Source: Eledone cirrhosa (Eukaryota). Taken from it: a stretch of 64,000 bases of DNA. The first letter of the stretch is position 1. Each line of letters begins with the position of its first letter. The DNA is taken from positions 24,428,001-24,492,000 of the forward strand of contig OZ024755.1 of assembly GCA_964016885.1 (NCBI GenBank). Direction: 5' to 3'. This document shows, piece after piece, positions 42,322 to 57,094 of this stretch. The notes below the pieces were generated by a model, which did no database searches, had not been told where the DNA came from, and saw only the letters and a program-made list of their open reading frames with translations. The translations under genes were made by a program, and so were the position numbers.

Positions 42322-43283
42322 TTTCACCATGTTATTTTGAATTTAAATTAAGAGGCGTGTTCGGAAAACGAACACAGATTTAGCCCCTATTGGCTACAGA
42401 GAAAAAAATAAATAAATAAAAATAACCAGCACACGAGGATTCTGGTTAGTTAATCTATAAAATAGCAACAAATATTCAATATATAACGTTGTATAACAAT
42501 GTGAAAAAGGAACAAACTTACGAAAAATTTTAACACGTTGCATCGAGACACGCAACATAAACAACAACAACAACAATAACAACAACAAGGACAATAACAA
42601 TAATAATAATATCAACTACAACAATGACAATTATTCTGTGAGTTCTGGCGAATAAAGAACAAAGAAGCTTATTTCGTTTTCAATTCACTTATGGCTTTGT
42701 GAGCGAAGTATGAAAAAATAATATACCAAAAAAAAAAAAAAAAAATCACTACCTTGTATTCATCATACTTATGCTAAAAATATAAGGACTGGATTTTAGT
42801 GCCCCTACCCTACACTAGAATAACCCATATTATATAGCAGCATGTAGCCATCTAATATCCTGTGTGTGTACTGTTGTTGTGTAAGAAATCTGTAATATCC
42901 TGTTTCCAATAAGGCTTCGTCAGGAAGGTTTAACTTTATATCCACACATTGCTAAACTTAAGTATTTTACTACATTCAAAGACTTCGACACTGGATAAAT
43001 CTGTGTGTGTTTGTTTGCGCATGTATGTATGTATGGATGGATGTATGTATATGTGTATATGTGTATATGTGCACGAATACACACATACAAGCACGCATAC
43101 ATGCATACACACACATATATACATACACACATACATACACATCTCTCTCTCTCTCTATATATATATATACACACACACACACTAGCATATATAGCCGGTC
43201 AAAGATGACGGAGTTCATAGTGAAAAATACTTAATTTAAGAATTCCTAGCAGACTTAAGATAGACAGAAAGACAGACAGACAA

Positions 43284-43339
<56 letters not shown>

Positions 43340-44026
43340 GGGCAGATAGATAGAGACAGGTAGGTAGGCAGATACACAGCAGTTGGGTGAATTGATAAAT
43401 GTTCATTGTTCAAATATATCTAGAGGCATAGTTAGATAGCCATAGTTGCATATAACTGAACCAGTGGATATGTTGTCAACAATATGAGAGGGAAAGAAAT
43501 ATAGGGAGGGAGTATTAAATTGCGATTTCCCAAACAAATCTAACACAAACTAGTTGTTACTTGACAGTCGTGTTTTATTAAAAAGGTATATATGCGGCAA
43601 AATGTGAGTTAGACCTACAGAGACAAAAAAGAAACACAAAGTGACGCACTAAAAGGAAAAGGTTGGCAGTAACAAACACCACAACCTGACTGGGTGATAA
43701 ACACCGAGACGAAACAATGCAACAATAGTCACATGATTGAAGAGGAAAATGGTCGCGGTAAAATAGCATAACTCAACAAAAGAAGAGGAAGGAGAGTTGT
43801 GTTAGAGATAATATTGCAAATTTAGCAATAAGTACAAAAACTATTGCTCGACTTAAATGCCGTATATATAATTCTATACGTATTTGTGTGTCATATAATT
43901 TCTCCTACATATGGTTTAGTTTTGTTTCCGTTTTGTAAAATATTCCATGACAGTATTCGACTATCTTGTTAGACACTATAACCCCAGATGCACCAGCAGT
44001 ACATCGGTAGGCACCGTTTGATTATC

Positions 44027-45112
44027 TTGTTGGTCTTGTGTCTAAATTGCTGATCTTGTGTCGAAATTGTTGGTCTTGTGTCTAAATTACTGGTCTTGTG
44101 TCGAAATTGTTGGTCTTGTGTCTAAATTACTGGTCTTGTGTCTAAATTACTGGTCTTGTGTCTAAATTGTTGGTCTTGTGTCTAAATTGCTGGTCTTGTG
44201 TCTAAATTACTGGTCTTGTGTCGAAATTGTTGGTCTTGTGTCTAAATTACTGGTCTTGTGTCTAAATTGTTGGTCTTGTGTCTAAATTGCTGGTCTTGTG
44301 TCTAAATTGCTGGTCTTGTGTCTAAATTGTTGGTCTTGTGTCGAAATTGTTGGTCTTGTGTCGAAATTGTTGGTCTTGTGTCTAAATTGTTGGTCTTGTG
44401 TCGAAATTGTTGGTCTTGTGTCGAAATTGATGGTCTTGTGTCGAAATTGCTGGTCTTGTGTCTAAATTGTTGGTCTTGTGTCTAAATTGTTGGTCTTGTG
44501 TCGAAATTGCTGGTCTTGTGTCTAAATTGTTGGTCTTGTGTCGAAATTGCTGGTCTTGTGTCTAAATTGCTGGTCTTGTGTCTAAATTGTTGGTCTTGTG
44601 TCGAAATTGTTGGTCTTGTGTCTAAATTTCTGGTCTTGTGTCGAAATTGTTGGTCTTGTGACTAAATTGTTAGTCTTGTGTCTAAATTGTTGGTCTTGTG
44701 ATTAAATTGTTGGTCTTGTGTCTAAATTGTTGGTCTTGTGACTAAATTGTTAGTCTTGTGTCTAAATTGTTGGTCTTGTGATTAAATTGTTGGTCTTGTG
44801 TCTAAATTGTTGGTCTTGTGTCTAAATTGTTGGTCTTGAGACTAAATTGTTGGTCTTGAGACTAAATTGTTGGTCTTGTGTCGAAATTGTTAGTCTTGTG
44901 TCTAAATTGTTGGTCTTGTGTCGAAATTGTTGGTCTTGTGTCTAAATTGTTGGTCTTGTGTCTAAATTGCTGGTCTTGTGTATAAATTGTTGGTCTTGTG
45001 ACTAAATTGTTGGTCTTGCGTCTAAATTGTTGGTCTTGTGACTAACTTGTTGGTCTTGTGTCTAAATTTCTGGCCTTTTCTCTAAATTGCTGGCCTTGTG
45101 TCGAAACTAGAA
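44027..45112 (+). repeat. 20-bp tandem array (AAATTGTTGGTCTTGTGTCT)n, ~54 copies
   Basis: Exact 20-bp period. Last unit TTGCTGGCCTTGTGTCGAAACTAGAAAC matches the family N SINE tail. Confidence 0.95.
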
Positions 45113-45567
45113 ACGAAGATTGGTAGATTGGTACAATCGATAGAGTATGGGCTCAAATATCACCGAAGTTAACTTTGCTTTTTAACCTTTCACCCTACCA
45201 TTCACATACACAAACACATACAAACATACACCCTACAATTCAAGTACGCAAACACAAACATAACCCCTGCCATTCAAGTACACATACACACACGCACACA
45301 GACACAATCGTAAACTTTACCATTCAAATACACACACACACAAACAGACACAAACATACACCCTACCACTCAAGTACACACACACACACAACCACACACA
45401 CATATACACACATACACGCACGCAAACATACAGTCTTCTACATATTTCTCTATATCAGTATGAATACGACTTACATAAACACACACACAATCTCACTCTC
45501 ACGGACAAGATTATATTATACACTACTATGCAAATCTCTCTCTCTCTCTCTCTCTCGCTCTCTCTTT

Positions 45568-45646
<79 letters not shown>

Positions 45647-46024
45647 TCTACGTACGTGCAAATAATGTCTACATACATACAAGCATACATACATAGGTAC
45701 ACACATAGTCACTCACGCAGACACACACAAAGACACACGTATAGACACAAAGGTTCACATACATACATACAGGTATGTCGACTAACGTCAGCATATATAA
45801 AGGAAAATGGTGTCTTCAATTCTGGGAACGCCAGCAATGTTGACAGCAGTTCAAACAGTTCACCATCAACACAATTCACTGACATCAGTCGACCATCAAG
45901 AGAATTCATTGAAAGTAAACGACACACACACACACACAGACACACATATTCACACACACATTCTCACACACATACACACATACACATACACATACACACA
46001 TACTCACATCCCCACATACTCACT

Positions 46025-46061
<37 letters not shown>

Positions 46062-46688
46062 ACACACACGCACATGCATGCCCACATACACACACACATA
46101 CTCACATCCACACATACTCACATACATACGCACGCACGCGCACGCACACACACACACACACACACGCACACACACACACACACACACACAAGCCGAGAAG
46201 GATCTTGCCAACTAAAGCAACCCTGCATATATTTCATAACACAACACTATAACAAAACAAAAACTATACACACAGATATATACTGGCATTTTAAAGAGGC
46301 TATGTACATATGCATACAGATACACAGATATAACATACACATTCACACACTTAGTCACACACACACATATCTATATAGATGAATTTATATACACACATAC
46401 GCACATACACGTGCATATATATATATATATATATAATGTTATATTTTGGCAGGGTTAAGTACAAAAACGAAGTATATACACACACACGCGCGCACACACG
46501 CACACACATATATATATGCGATAAGTAAACGGATAGACAACACGTCTAAATGATACAGTACAAAGAAGATATATATTAGTTTAACGTTACGTACGTTAAT
46601 GCTTCATCGGAAGATAGAATGAGGTATAAGAAATAGAATGCTAGACGAGAATAAGACGAGAAAGAAACGGAAAAAATGCTGAGAAAGC

Positions 46689-46764
<76 letters not shown>

Positions 46765-46867
46765 ATGTATATATATATGTATATAGGTATATATATATAT
46801 ATATATAGGTATACATATATATATATGTATGTATATATATATATGTATATAGGTATTAGAGGTGCAC

Positions 46868-46964
46868 ACATATCTGAGGAGCTTCCTATTCCAGAGGCAG
46901 GATCGATCATTAATCGATCGTTCCTCGAGCTGATCGACAGTGAAACATATGTAATTAAATATGT
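46868..46964 (+). ncRNA. Hammerhead candidate with disrupted stem I
   Basis: ACAUAU-CUGAGGA-long hairpin (GAUCGAU/AUCGAUC, GAGG/CCUC)-GAAA-CAUAUG-UA. The stem I partner AUAUGU is displaced by 5 nt. Confidence 0.5.
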
Positions 46965-47002
46965 ATATGATGCAATTCTGATTCTTTGTTCCCTTATATA
47001 GA

Positions 47003-47232
47003 GAGAGATCTGCACGGTGTGGACGTGGATGTTTTTGAGAAACATCTTGACACCCTGTTATCAGGATCCCGAATGAGCCCACAGTACTGTACGAAGGTAA
47101 CCTAAAGGCAGCAGCAACAAACTCCCTCTTACACCAATGGCCAGCCAACACATGCTCGAGATAGAATGTATAGCAACAAGGGCGGTGCCCCTCCATGGCC
47201 TCAGCCGCATGGCTGGAACAGGTAAAAGTATA
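47003..47232 (+). mobile_element. CR1-like LINE 3' end
   Basis: [25 protein letters not shown]...[10 protein letters not shown] with a frameshift, then a 3' UTR stem-loop CAGCC/GGCTG. Confidence 0.8.
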
Positions 47233-47642
47233 AATGAGTAATATATTATGCTCTGAAATAATGTCCATGGAGCTTCTTTATTGAGTTGCCTTAGCACTTC
47301 TTATGGCCTGTCCTGAATTACCTGCCCATCTGTTAAACCTAATTTTAACACTATGTGGAGAACATTTTAAATTTCTTCCTTGTGCAGGTAACTTGTAATT
47401 TATGCAGGTAATTAGTAATTTGAAATATATATAGAGAAAGACCTAACCTTACCGATGATTGAAATCCGGGTCTTAACATGCTTATTACCATAATCGATAA
47501 TTGATTATTGATACTGATTACTAATATGAAAGGTTTGCATTTTTTCTGCGGGTTTTATGAAACAGATCTGTCTAAAGGATTTAGGCTTGTTACCATCTTG
47601 AAATAAATATATTCATTTACATATTATTTGCTCTGTATATAT

Positions 47643-47881
47643 CAGGGGCGGTGGAAGCCTTTCTGAATTGGCGGTGGTGGGGGAATTTGGTCAGTTTAGT
47701 TGTAGTGATTAGTTTAGCTGTTATTATCAAATAACAACCAAAATATAAAAAAACCTTCGATATGCGATAAATATAAATTGTACCGCATATACAAACGTGT
47801 GTTTTGGTAGTTTGGGAAGAAAATGTATAATTATGGGGGGGGGGGGACTCCCCCCTGGCCCCCTTAATTCCACCGCCCCTG
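47643..47881. mobile_element. MITE, 239 bp, CAGGGG termini (hAT-like)
   Basis: Perfect 14-bp TIRs CAGGGGCGGTGGAA / TTCCACCGCCCCTG. TSD is ambiguous in TA-rich flanks. Confidence 0.85.
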
Positions 47882-48139
47882 TATATCTACAAAATACTAA
47901 TAGTTTCTCAATTGATATATAACTTTTCTTTTATATAACATTTAAGGTTGTATTTTGATGCTCTAAACTAATGGTCATGGAGCTTTTTTTATTGAAAAAT
48001 GTAATCAATATATATTTTATATGTATCGATTAAACCTTATTATAGTATATATAAAAATAAAAAAAAATATATATATATATATACTATATTAAGTTTTAAT
48101 ACATATAAAATATATATCGATTATATTTCTAAAAGAAAA

Positions 48140-48181
<42 letters not shown>

Positions 48182-48436
48182 AAACATATATATATATATA
48201 TATATATATGCACATACTCATATGTATATTATACATACACGTGCGCACCTACATACATATATGTGTATGTGCGTGTGTTTATATGTGTCTATACATATAT
48301 TTGTGTATTTCTAATATTACTTGATTCTTAGTCCAAAGGTTTTGACGTTCAGAACACAAACCTACAGACTCGATTTCTCTGGATGAAATCTTGAGCAAGT
48401 ATCTTCTACTACAGCCTCGAATCATATTGGTTTCTG

Positions 48437-48636
48437 ATTTAGAGACAAGGCCAACAATTTTGGCAGAGGGGAAAGTCGATTAAGTCGAGCCCATTGCATT
48501 ACTGGTACTTTATTTTATCGATCCTGTAAGGACGAAAGGCAAAGCTAACCACAGCAGGATTTCAACAGGACCATAAAAGAGCGTAACCGTACGCCATAAA
48601 ACATGTCTGACAATCTACCGATACTGGCAATACATC
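48437..48636 (-). mobile_element. Family N SINE, older variant
   Basis: Reverse-complement homologue of 27390-27597. Confidence 0.85.
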
Positions 48637-48964
48637 GCTCTATAGCCTCCGATCATATTGAGGTTTGCGAGTGTATTGGCTTGCGGGAAATCGTGTACAC
48701 CCTGTCAATGGTCAGTACTTGTAGTTCAGAAAAATTGGTTTTCTGTACAAGTAACGCTGATTTTACCTGGATATTACGCCAATCGTTGCACAACCTGTAG
48801 AATGTGCAGTCACTTACACTGTAATTCGCATAGGAGGAAGTTCAGTAGATAAAAAAACTGGAATCCTTTTCGTAGAAATCGACGGATGATCCAATTTCAT
48901 TTACTTACATATATGTATGTGCGTGTAAGCCTATAATATAATGTAATATAATATAATACAATAC

Positions 48965-49016
<52 letters not shown>

Positions 49017-49570
49017 TATATATGCATAGATGTGTGCGTAAAATTGTGCGTGTGTAATACACACACGAGAAATAATACGTATTCCACTTTCACGCATAAA
49101 AAAAAAACCAGCCGCCCGCTGCCACCACCAAAAACAACACCAACACCACCACCACCACCAAAACCACCACCACCACCACCATCACCACCGCCACCAATAA
49201 CAACACCAAAGAAACCTAACTACATTATATTATATCACACAACATGGCAACATTGAAGGACTGCCTTATATACAACCGTAACATGCTATGTGTGTGTGTG
49301 ACAGGAACTTCGCCATGATCAATATAACTTTATGATGTACCAAGAAAAATAAAATATGAGCCCTTTATTTATATTTATATTTATATTTTATATCTTGTAT
49401 TTCATATTGTTTTGGTTTTTATGTAATTTTTGCGTTTAATATGTATATATATATGAGTGTGTGTGTGTTTATATATGTATATGTTATATATATATATATA
49501 TGTGCCTATGTTATATATATGTGTATATATGTATATATATCTATGTATATATATATGTGTAAATATATGT

Positions 49571-49661
<91 letters not shown>

Positions 49662-49777
49662 GACACACACATATACGTGTAGTCATGTTGGCGGTGTTTT
49701 ATCCTATTTTCGCTCATTATTGCCGTTGTTTACATATGACAACTGATACACACACATTTTCTCGCACACACACATTT

Positions 49778-49839
<62 letters not shown>

Positions 49840-49965
49840 CCATATATATATATATATGTACACACACACACATATATATATATATAAGTGTGTGTGTGTA
49901 TGTATGTATGTGTGTGTGCGTATATGTGTATACAGAAAGTGAATATAACATTTACGTGAATGTGC

Positions 49966-50024
<59 letters not shown>

Positions 50025-50199
50025 CGTATGTATGTATGCACGTATGTATGTATGAATGTATGCTTGTATTAATACTTACACATATATGCACACACAAACA
50101 CTTCCATCTCTCTTTTCATATATCTCTATATTGGGAGAAAAAAGATAGAAAAATAAATAAATAGATAGATAGACAGCTAGATAAATAGATAAATAGATA

Positions 50200-50450
50200 G
50201 ATTTCTTTATTTGCCACAAGAGCGCACAAGAAAAGAGGACAATACAAAGACATATGCCGGGAATTTTACATATAGTCGTGTAAAAAAAAATATAAAACAA
50301 ACAATTACAACAATCGAAATCCCCAATAGGGGAAGCGCCACAAATGGGTTGTTTTATACCCCGTCAATAGAACAACCCTCAACTCCAGGAGTGTGTTGTG
50401 CAAGTGCTCCTTTCTTCCGTTTGCTCTCTTCTTTAACCTACAGGCTTATA
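50200..50450 (-). mobile_element. 3' UTR fragment of the Tx1-like family
   Basis: Shares CCCCAATAGGGG, ATACCCC, CAACCCTCA.CTCCAGGAGT and AACCTACAGGCT with 35487-35735. Confidence 0.75.
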
Positions 50451-50477
50451 AACAGATAAATAGATAGATAGATAGAT

Positions 50478-50578
<101 letters not shown>

Positions 50579-51214
50579 GATAGATACATAAATAAATATC
50601 TTTCTTGATAGATATCTTTCTGATAGATAGAGGGAAGTAAATCGAAAAGATATATAGTTAGTGAGTGACTGATTGATAAGATAATAGAGATGATCAGATC
50701 GATATGTTTATGATTTTATCGTTAAAGTGCTCAATATACAGTCTCTTATAGGATGGTGGTGGTGGTGGTGGTGGGGAGAGCAGAAACAGCACAACAGTTG
50801 AGTGTCTATAATATATCATATCAGTGTTTGTGTTTCTCGTGAATGTGTGTGTCTGAGAGTGTGTTTGTGTGTGTATACGTGTATGTGTGTGACTGAGTGT
50901 GTATGTGTGTGAGTGAGTATGTGTCCGAGTGAATGTATATGTCAGTGTCTGTGTGTGTGAGTGTTTCTGTGTGTGTGTCAGTGTGTTTGTATGAGTGTGA
51001 GTGCGTCTGTGTGTTGGTGTGTGTATGTCTGAGTGAATGTGTGTGTGAGTGTATATGTGTGGAATGGTTTCTGTGTGTGTGTGTGTGAGTGTATATGTGT
51101 GGAATGGTTTCTGTGTGTGTGTGTGAGTGTATATGTGTGGAATGGTTTCTGTGTGTGTGTGTGTCAGTTCCTCCAGAGAATAGAGAGTGAGAAAATGGAA
51201 GTGAGAAAGAGATA

Positions 51215-51330
51215 TAGAGGAAGAATCGACTCCAGTATTTGATTTTTTATCGCTGTGGAGTGGATGAAAGGCAAAGTTGACCTCGGTGGGATTTGAACTC
51301 AGAGAACAGAGCGTCGAAACGAATACCACA
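51215..51330 (-). mobile_element. Family N-related SINE fragment
   Basis: GGATGAAAGGCAAAGTTGACCTCGGTGGGATTTGAACTC. Confidence 0.8.
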
Positions 51331-51346
51331 AATCACACATATATAT

Positions 51347-51405
<59 letters not shown>

Positions 51406-51704
51406 AGAATAAACGGGTTGTGTAGTTGCTGAATAAGGTGTACTTATAAAAAGAGGAAAGCAAGAACGGGAGAAAATTTTACTTCATCAGTTGTCTGCTG
51501 GGGGTCTTGGACATTTCAATGCATTAAAGACAATATGTCTCACCCCAGGGCGTCAATAACTCAAGGAAGTTATTGGGGGAAAAAAGGAAAGAGAGAGAAA
51601 AAAATAGTAACAGAAGGGAAGAGGGAAGAAAAAGGAAAAAACATCGAAAAAAAATTGGAAGCAACAAACCGAAGAGGGAAACCCGAAGCACAATCCATAT
51701 ATAC

Positions 51705-51930
51705 CTGTGGTGGCTGCATCTTATTTTCGAGAATTGTCATTATATGCTCCTCATTCTTGAGTGGCATGACCATCTTTAGTCCTACCAAGGAATTACATTC
51801 CTTTCTTTGTATGACATTGATGTCAGTCACTATCACTTTGGTTGCCTGTTTGTATTGGTGAACTTCGAATGATCTTCGAAGTCCAACAATCTAGGCACAT
51901 TGTTTCCCACAATTCTTACACGAAGAAATA
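51705..51930 (-). mobile_element. RTE-like 3' relic with two decayed C2H2 fingers
   Basis: CKNCGKQCA*IVGLR and KECNSLVGLK. Tail CTCGAAAATAAGATGCAGCCACCA matches 8752-8776. Confidence 0.7.
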
Positions 51931-52544
51931 CCAGAGACCATAGTAGACCATTGCCGGCAGACTCGTAAAAGATGAACTGTTGATGGTGGACCTTTACTGC
52001 GGACTTGTTAGTGAACTGGTCAGCAGGAAAGGCACTACCAGTGAGGCGGGTAACAAGACTTTATCTTTAGAGGTAGCTCGCTCTTTCTTACATTTGTCAA
52101 TGTTTGTCATTCAATATAACAGTTCAATATATCACCGTTTGTTGTTATTTTGCATATAGTTTAACTAAAGCTATATAATTTTCGACGACAACACTTTGTA
52201 TATGGCTTCTCTGATGACTTCAAAGACCAGCTTTACTGAGGCAAACACGGTCACACTCATTGCACACAATGTTATTTTGAGCATCTGAACATCCAAGTAA
52301 TATCATACAGATTCTTACATAGACCGCTCTTTAATTTTTCATGCACCACAGGAGATTCTTTATTATTCCTGTTATATATAAAAGAATATATATATATACA
52401 GTATATATATATACAGTATATATATATATCTTCCGAGTGAAACAATTCTAGTACTGTAGAAGCCATTTCTATATCAAATATTTATACTCTGCTATGTATT
52501 GAGTAGCTTACTTACTGTGGTTACCCCCGATTGAACCCAGGATA

Positions 52545-52593
<49 letters not shown>

Positions 52594-53007
52594 GGGCCTG
52601 TGTATGTGTGTATCTCAGCCATGGGTCCTGAAATTTCTGTGATGTCAGAGGGGCACCTCTTGCGCATTTATCTTCATTATAGGTGTTCTATCTCAACCGT
52701 ATCTCTTCAGGAAATATACAGAACTAAAATAACAATAATTAATAACATAAGACAATATCAATAAAGTGGACGGTAAAGTGCATCGAGCTTATCTCATCAT
52801 AAATACATACACACATTGTGTATGTATTTAAGATATGTATATTGATATTGTCTTATGTTATTGGTGTGCAAGAAGCAAAGAAAATTTCAGTGATACGAAA
52901 AGATTTCCTGGTGGAAGTTCAGGTAAACCCCGGGGGTATATCCAATTTATATATTCCTTCCATATACTGTACCAACTATGTTGTTATTTCGGTTTATCTT
53001 TTAAATA

Positions 53008-53042
<35 letters not shown>

Positions 53043-53081
53043 GGGTATGTCAATATTTATTTATAAAACTAACCTATATTA

Positions 53082-53147
53082 TATTTTATCTGATGAAAGC
53101 GCACCATAGTTTGCTCTGGTGGCCCTTGAAATATGTATAATGAAATA
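53082..53147 (+). ncRNA. Minimal type I hammerhead ribozyme (H2)
   Basis: UAUUUUAU-CUGAUGA-AAGCGCACCA...UGGUGGCCCUU-GAAA-UAUGUA-UA-AUGAAAUA. Cleavage predicted after 53139. Confidence 0.82.
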
Positions 53148-53277
53148 AATATGGTTTTATAAATATAGTTTCCATTTGTTAATATATTGTATATTTACTC
53201 CAATAATTTGTTGAGTGCTTTATATCAGTTATAAAAATATTTTGCTTGTTGTATCCCAACAAATTAAATATAACCTC

Positions 53278-53340
<63 letters not shown>

Positions 53341-53345
53341 CCACA

Positions 53346-53405
<60 letters not shown>

Positions 53406-53427
53406 CATGTTGTACAGTAATAGAAAA

Positions 53428-53516
53428 AACAGACTTGACCATGGTGACAGGCACGAGTGGTGGGACTGAACCCGAAACCAAAGCGAAGTTCTTAAACAAT
53501 GGGCTATGACTGCGGC
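53428..53516 (-). mobile_element. Decayed tRNA-derived SINE head
   Basis: GTGGGACTGAACCCGAAACC, a reverse-strand box B region. Confidence 0.55.
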
Positions 53517-53944
53517 TTTTGTATGTGTGCAAAGTTTTCCCTATTCCATCCGACACCACACCACCTCCTGTGTGAATGCGTCCATCCGTCCGTCCGGCAG
53601 TCACTTGGTCTACGCGTGTTTATCTATGCGTGTTCAAATGTATATCCGGCGTTTTGTACTGATGCAACGACCAATAATATACTAGTTCGCTATTCTGCCA
53701 TTATTCCGCTATTCTATATATTCTTTGCGTTAATGACCCCTTAAAGACGCCATTTCTTTCTGGCTGCTCAAGAATAATGGTAGCGTGTGTCTCAGTTTGT
53801 ATGTGAATTGGGCTGGAGAAGACCATCAGGTAGACGTAGGGTGTGTCTTGACAATCAATCCATCAGTCGTTTCCGTTTAAAACTCTCCTCTATCTATAAC
53901 TATATACATACATTGTCACTCATGCGTGTATATTTAATCGTGGG

Positions 53945-54140
<196 letters not shown>

Positions 54141-54145
54141 TATAC

Positions 54146-54239
<94 letters not shown>

Positions 54240-54769
54240 GTATGTATAAGTATATATATATATATATACATATATATATGCACACACACACACACACACG
54301 CACAGATATGTGTGTGTGTGATTGTGTGTGCGTATGTGTGTATTTGTGTGTGTATGTATGTACATATATATACATATATTTACAGACACACACACATATA
54401 CACATATACATATACACATATACACATATACACACACATACATATACACATACACATATACACACATAAATATATTGAGCGTTTTATTCTATTTCCATCA
54501 CTGTTGACTGATCGGAGTGTGGATTGCACAACTCCAGTCGATTAACTTCATGTAAATATATATATACGAGGTTTACGAAAATCGTTGGTATTAATTCATC
54601 GATCTCCGGCCATGACTCTCCTATTCAATGAATCTATAAGGTTGCAGTAGTGAGATTGCATCCCGTAGTTCAGAGTGCACGCATTTTAGTTAATAGCAAG
54701 TGCAGTGGTTGTTTTTTGATACAGATACGTTATGCATCTGTCCTGTATAATACTTTCTCCTGTATATAC

Positions 54770-55173
<404 letters not shown>

Positions 55174-55175
55174 AT

Positions 55176-55393
55176 TAGTGAAGGCGTGTGGCTGAGTGGT
55201 TAGAGAATTGGATTCGCAATCGTAAGGTTGTGAGTTCGATTCCTGGACCAGGCGATACGTTGTGTCCTTGAGCAAGACACTTTATTTCACGTTGCTTCTT
55301 CTACCTGGAGTTGCGACCGATAGATAGTATTAGCAATTGGAAAGACCAATGGAAACATTGTTTCCTCGGTCCGATTTGACGAAAGTCGATCGA
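55176..55393 (+). mobile_element. Family T tRNA-derived SINE, well preserved
   Basis: Box A TGGCTGAGTGG, box B GAGTTCGATTC, GTGTCCTTGAGCAAGACAC hairpin. Confidence 0.9.
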
Positions 55394-55402
55394 TTGGAAA
55401 TA

Positions 55403-55436
<34 letters not shown>

Positions 55437-55447
55437 TTTTTTTAGTA

Positions 55448-55771
55448 TATGTTGGTTGTATACCAACACCTCAGTATGCAGGCTGGAGCACTCGACGAAG
55501 TGCGCAGGTTGGTTTGGTTACTTCGGAGTAATGTAAAATAAAGTTAATGATATGATTCCAGTTCCTCAGTGAAATAACAACCCAACCAGGAACTGAGCAT
55601 ATCAGAGTATTGACAATATTATACACCTCAACAACATATGTACTTGTCTATACCACACTAATTCGGACTGCCTGAAGAGGTCACAGCCAAAGATGGCTGT
55701 CACTGAAATATATATAGCAGCAATAAACGAAGCTAAATTTTAAACATTTGACATTTTTATTTAACTTTATT

Positions 55772-55807
<36 letters not shown>

Positions 55808-55832
55808 AAGTTAAATAAAATGTCAAATGTTT

Positions 55833-55836
<4 letters not shown>
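55448..55836 (+). mobile_element. Family H1 copy 2: inverted tail segment (55448-55548), body (55552-55773), inverted echo
   Basis: 55448-55548 is the reverse complement of 61212-61311. The body matches the other H1 copies. Confidence 0.9.
55667..55721 (+). ncRNA. Minimal type I hammerhead ribozyme (H1)
   Basis: Identical to the other H1 hammerheads except the terminal stem I base (4-bp stem). Cleavage predicted after 55716. Confidence 0.83.
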
Positions 55837-55919
<83 letters not shown>

Positions 55920-55944
55920 TACACACATATATATACACATATAT

Positions 55945-56145
55945 ATCAAGTTTAATATAGAAATAGATTCTACAGAATTAGGGATTAGAACTGTTTCATT
56001 TAAAAGAAATGATGACTTCTTTTGAATGAAACAGTTCTAGTGCTATAGAAGGCATTTCTATATTAAACTTGATTTTTACACTCTACTAATGTATTGAGTA
56101 CTTTACTAACTGTGGTTACCCTCGATTGAATCCAGGACTGAAACA
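55945..56145. mobile_element. Short repeat family H4 with fold-back; related pieces at 36710-36778 and 52435-52545
   Basis: Shared GAAACAGTTCTAGT.CT.TAGAA at all three sites. TGTATTGAGTA...ACTGTGGTTACCC.CGATTGAA.CCAGG shared with 52435-52545. Confidence 0.75.
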
Positions 56146-56406
56146 CACACACACAACATATTATGGAGGTTCTTATTTTCTTGCATGTTTACATACCTAC
56201 ATATTAGATATGTGTATATATTTATACACCTGGTGCAGTCTCGGTTATACACTGTATTTATAAAGATATAACAATATCATACATTTAGGTATATACATAC
56301 CCGTATATATATGATAAATGCCGTACGTATGGGCGTGTATGTGAGTATGTCTGCATCCAAGAACTATATATAAATGCGTATGAATATATATATATATATA
56401 CACGCA

Positions 56407-56470
<64 letters not shown>

Positions 56471-56674
56471 AATATGTATGAATGTGTATATACGTATGTA
56501 TACACAGAGAAACAAAGTCGTACGTAAGCATAAATACATGTGTGGGGTCAACCGGTACAATTAGATTGCACTCTATGTCCTTTCCACATCAAGAATTGGG
56601 AAAGAGGAAAAAAACGTTCGAAAAGTACTATAGATAATGTGTGAATGTGTATATACGTATATGCACATATATAT

Positions 56675-56719
<45 letters not shown>

Positions 56720-56772
56720 CATACATATATATATATATATACATACATATATATATACATATATATACATAC

Positions 56773-56855
<83 letters not shown>

Positions 56856-56960
56856 TCCATTAAGAGAAGTAGAAGAACAATGGAGACAAGATGTATTTAA
56901 AAGGGTGGCGTTGCTTAGAATGTTTGGTAAAGTAGAGAGATATAGTTAGATAGATAGGTA

Positions 56961-57048
<88 letters not shown>

Positions 57049-57061
57049 TATAGGTACACGC

Positions 57062-57094
<33 letters not shown>

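Noticed and set aside
52625-52715. Further CUGANGA...GAAA matches (also near 17690, 42900, 51485, 52211)
   Set aside because: Each lacks a valid NUH, stem I or stem II. They may be remnants but cannot be supported.
55180-55252. tRNA gene
   Set aside because: A and B boxes run directly into a SINE body found in several copies, and there is no clean acceptor stem.
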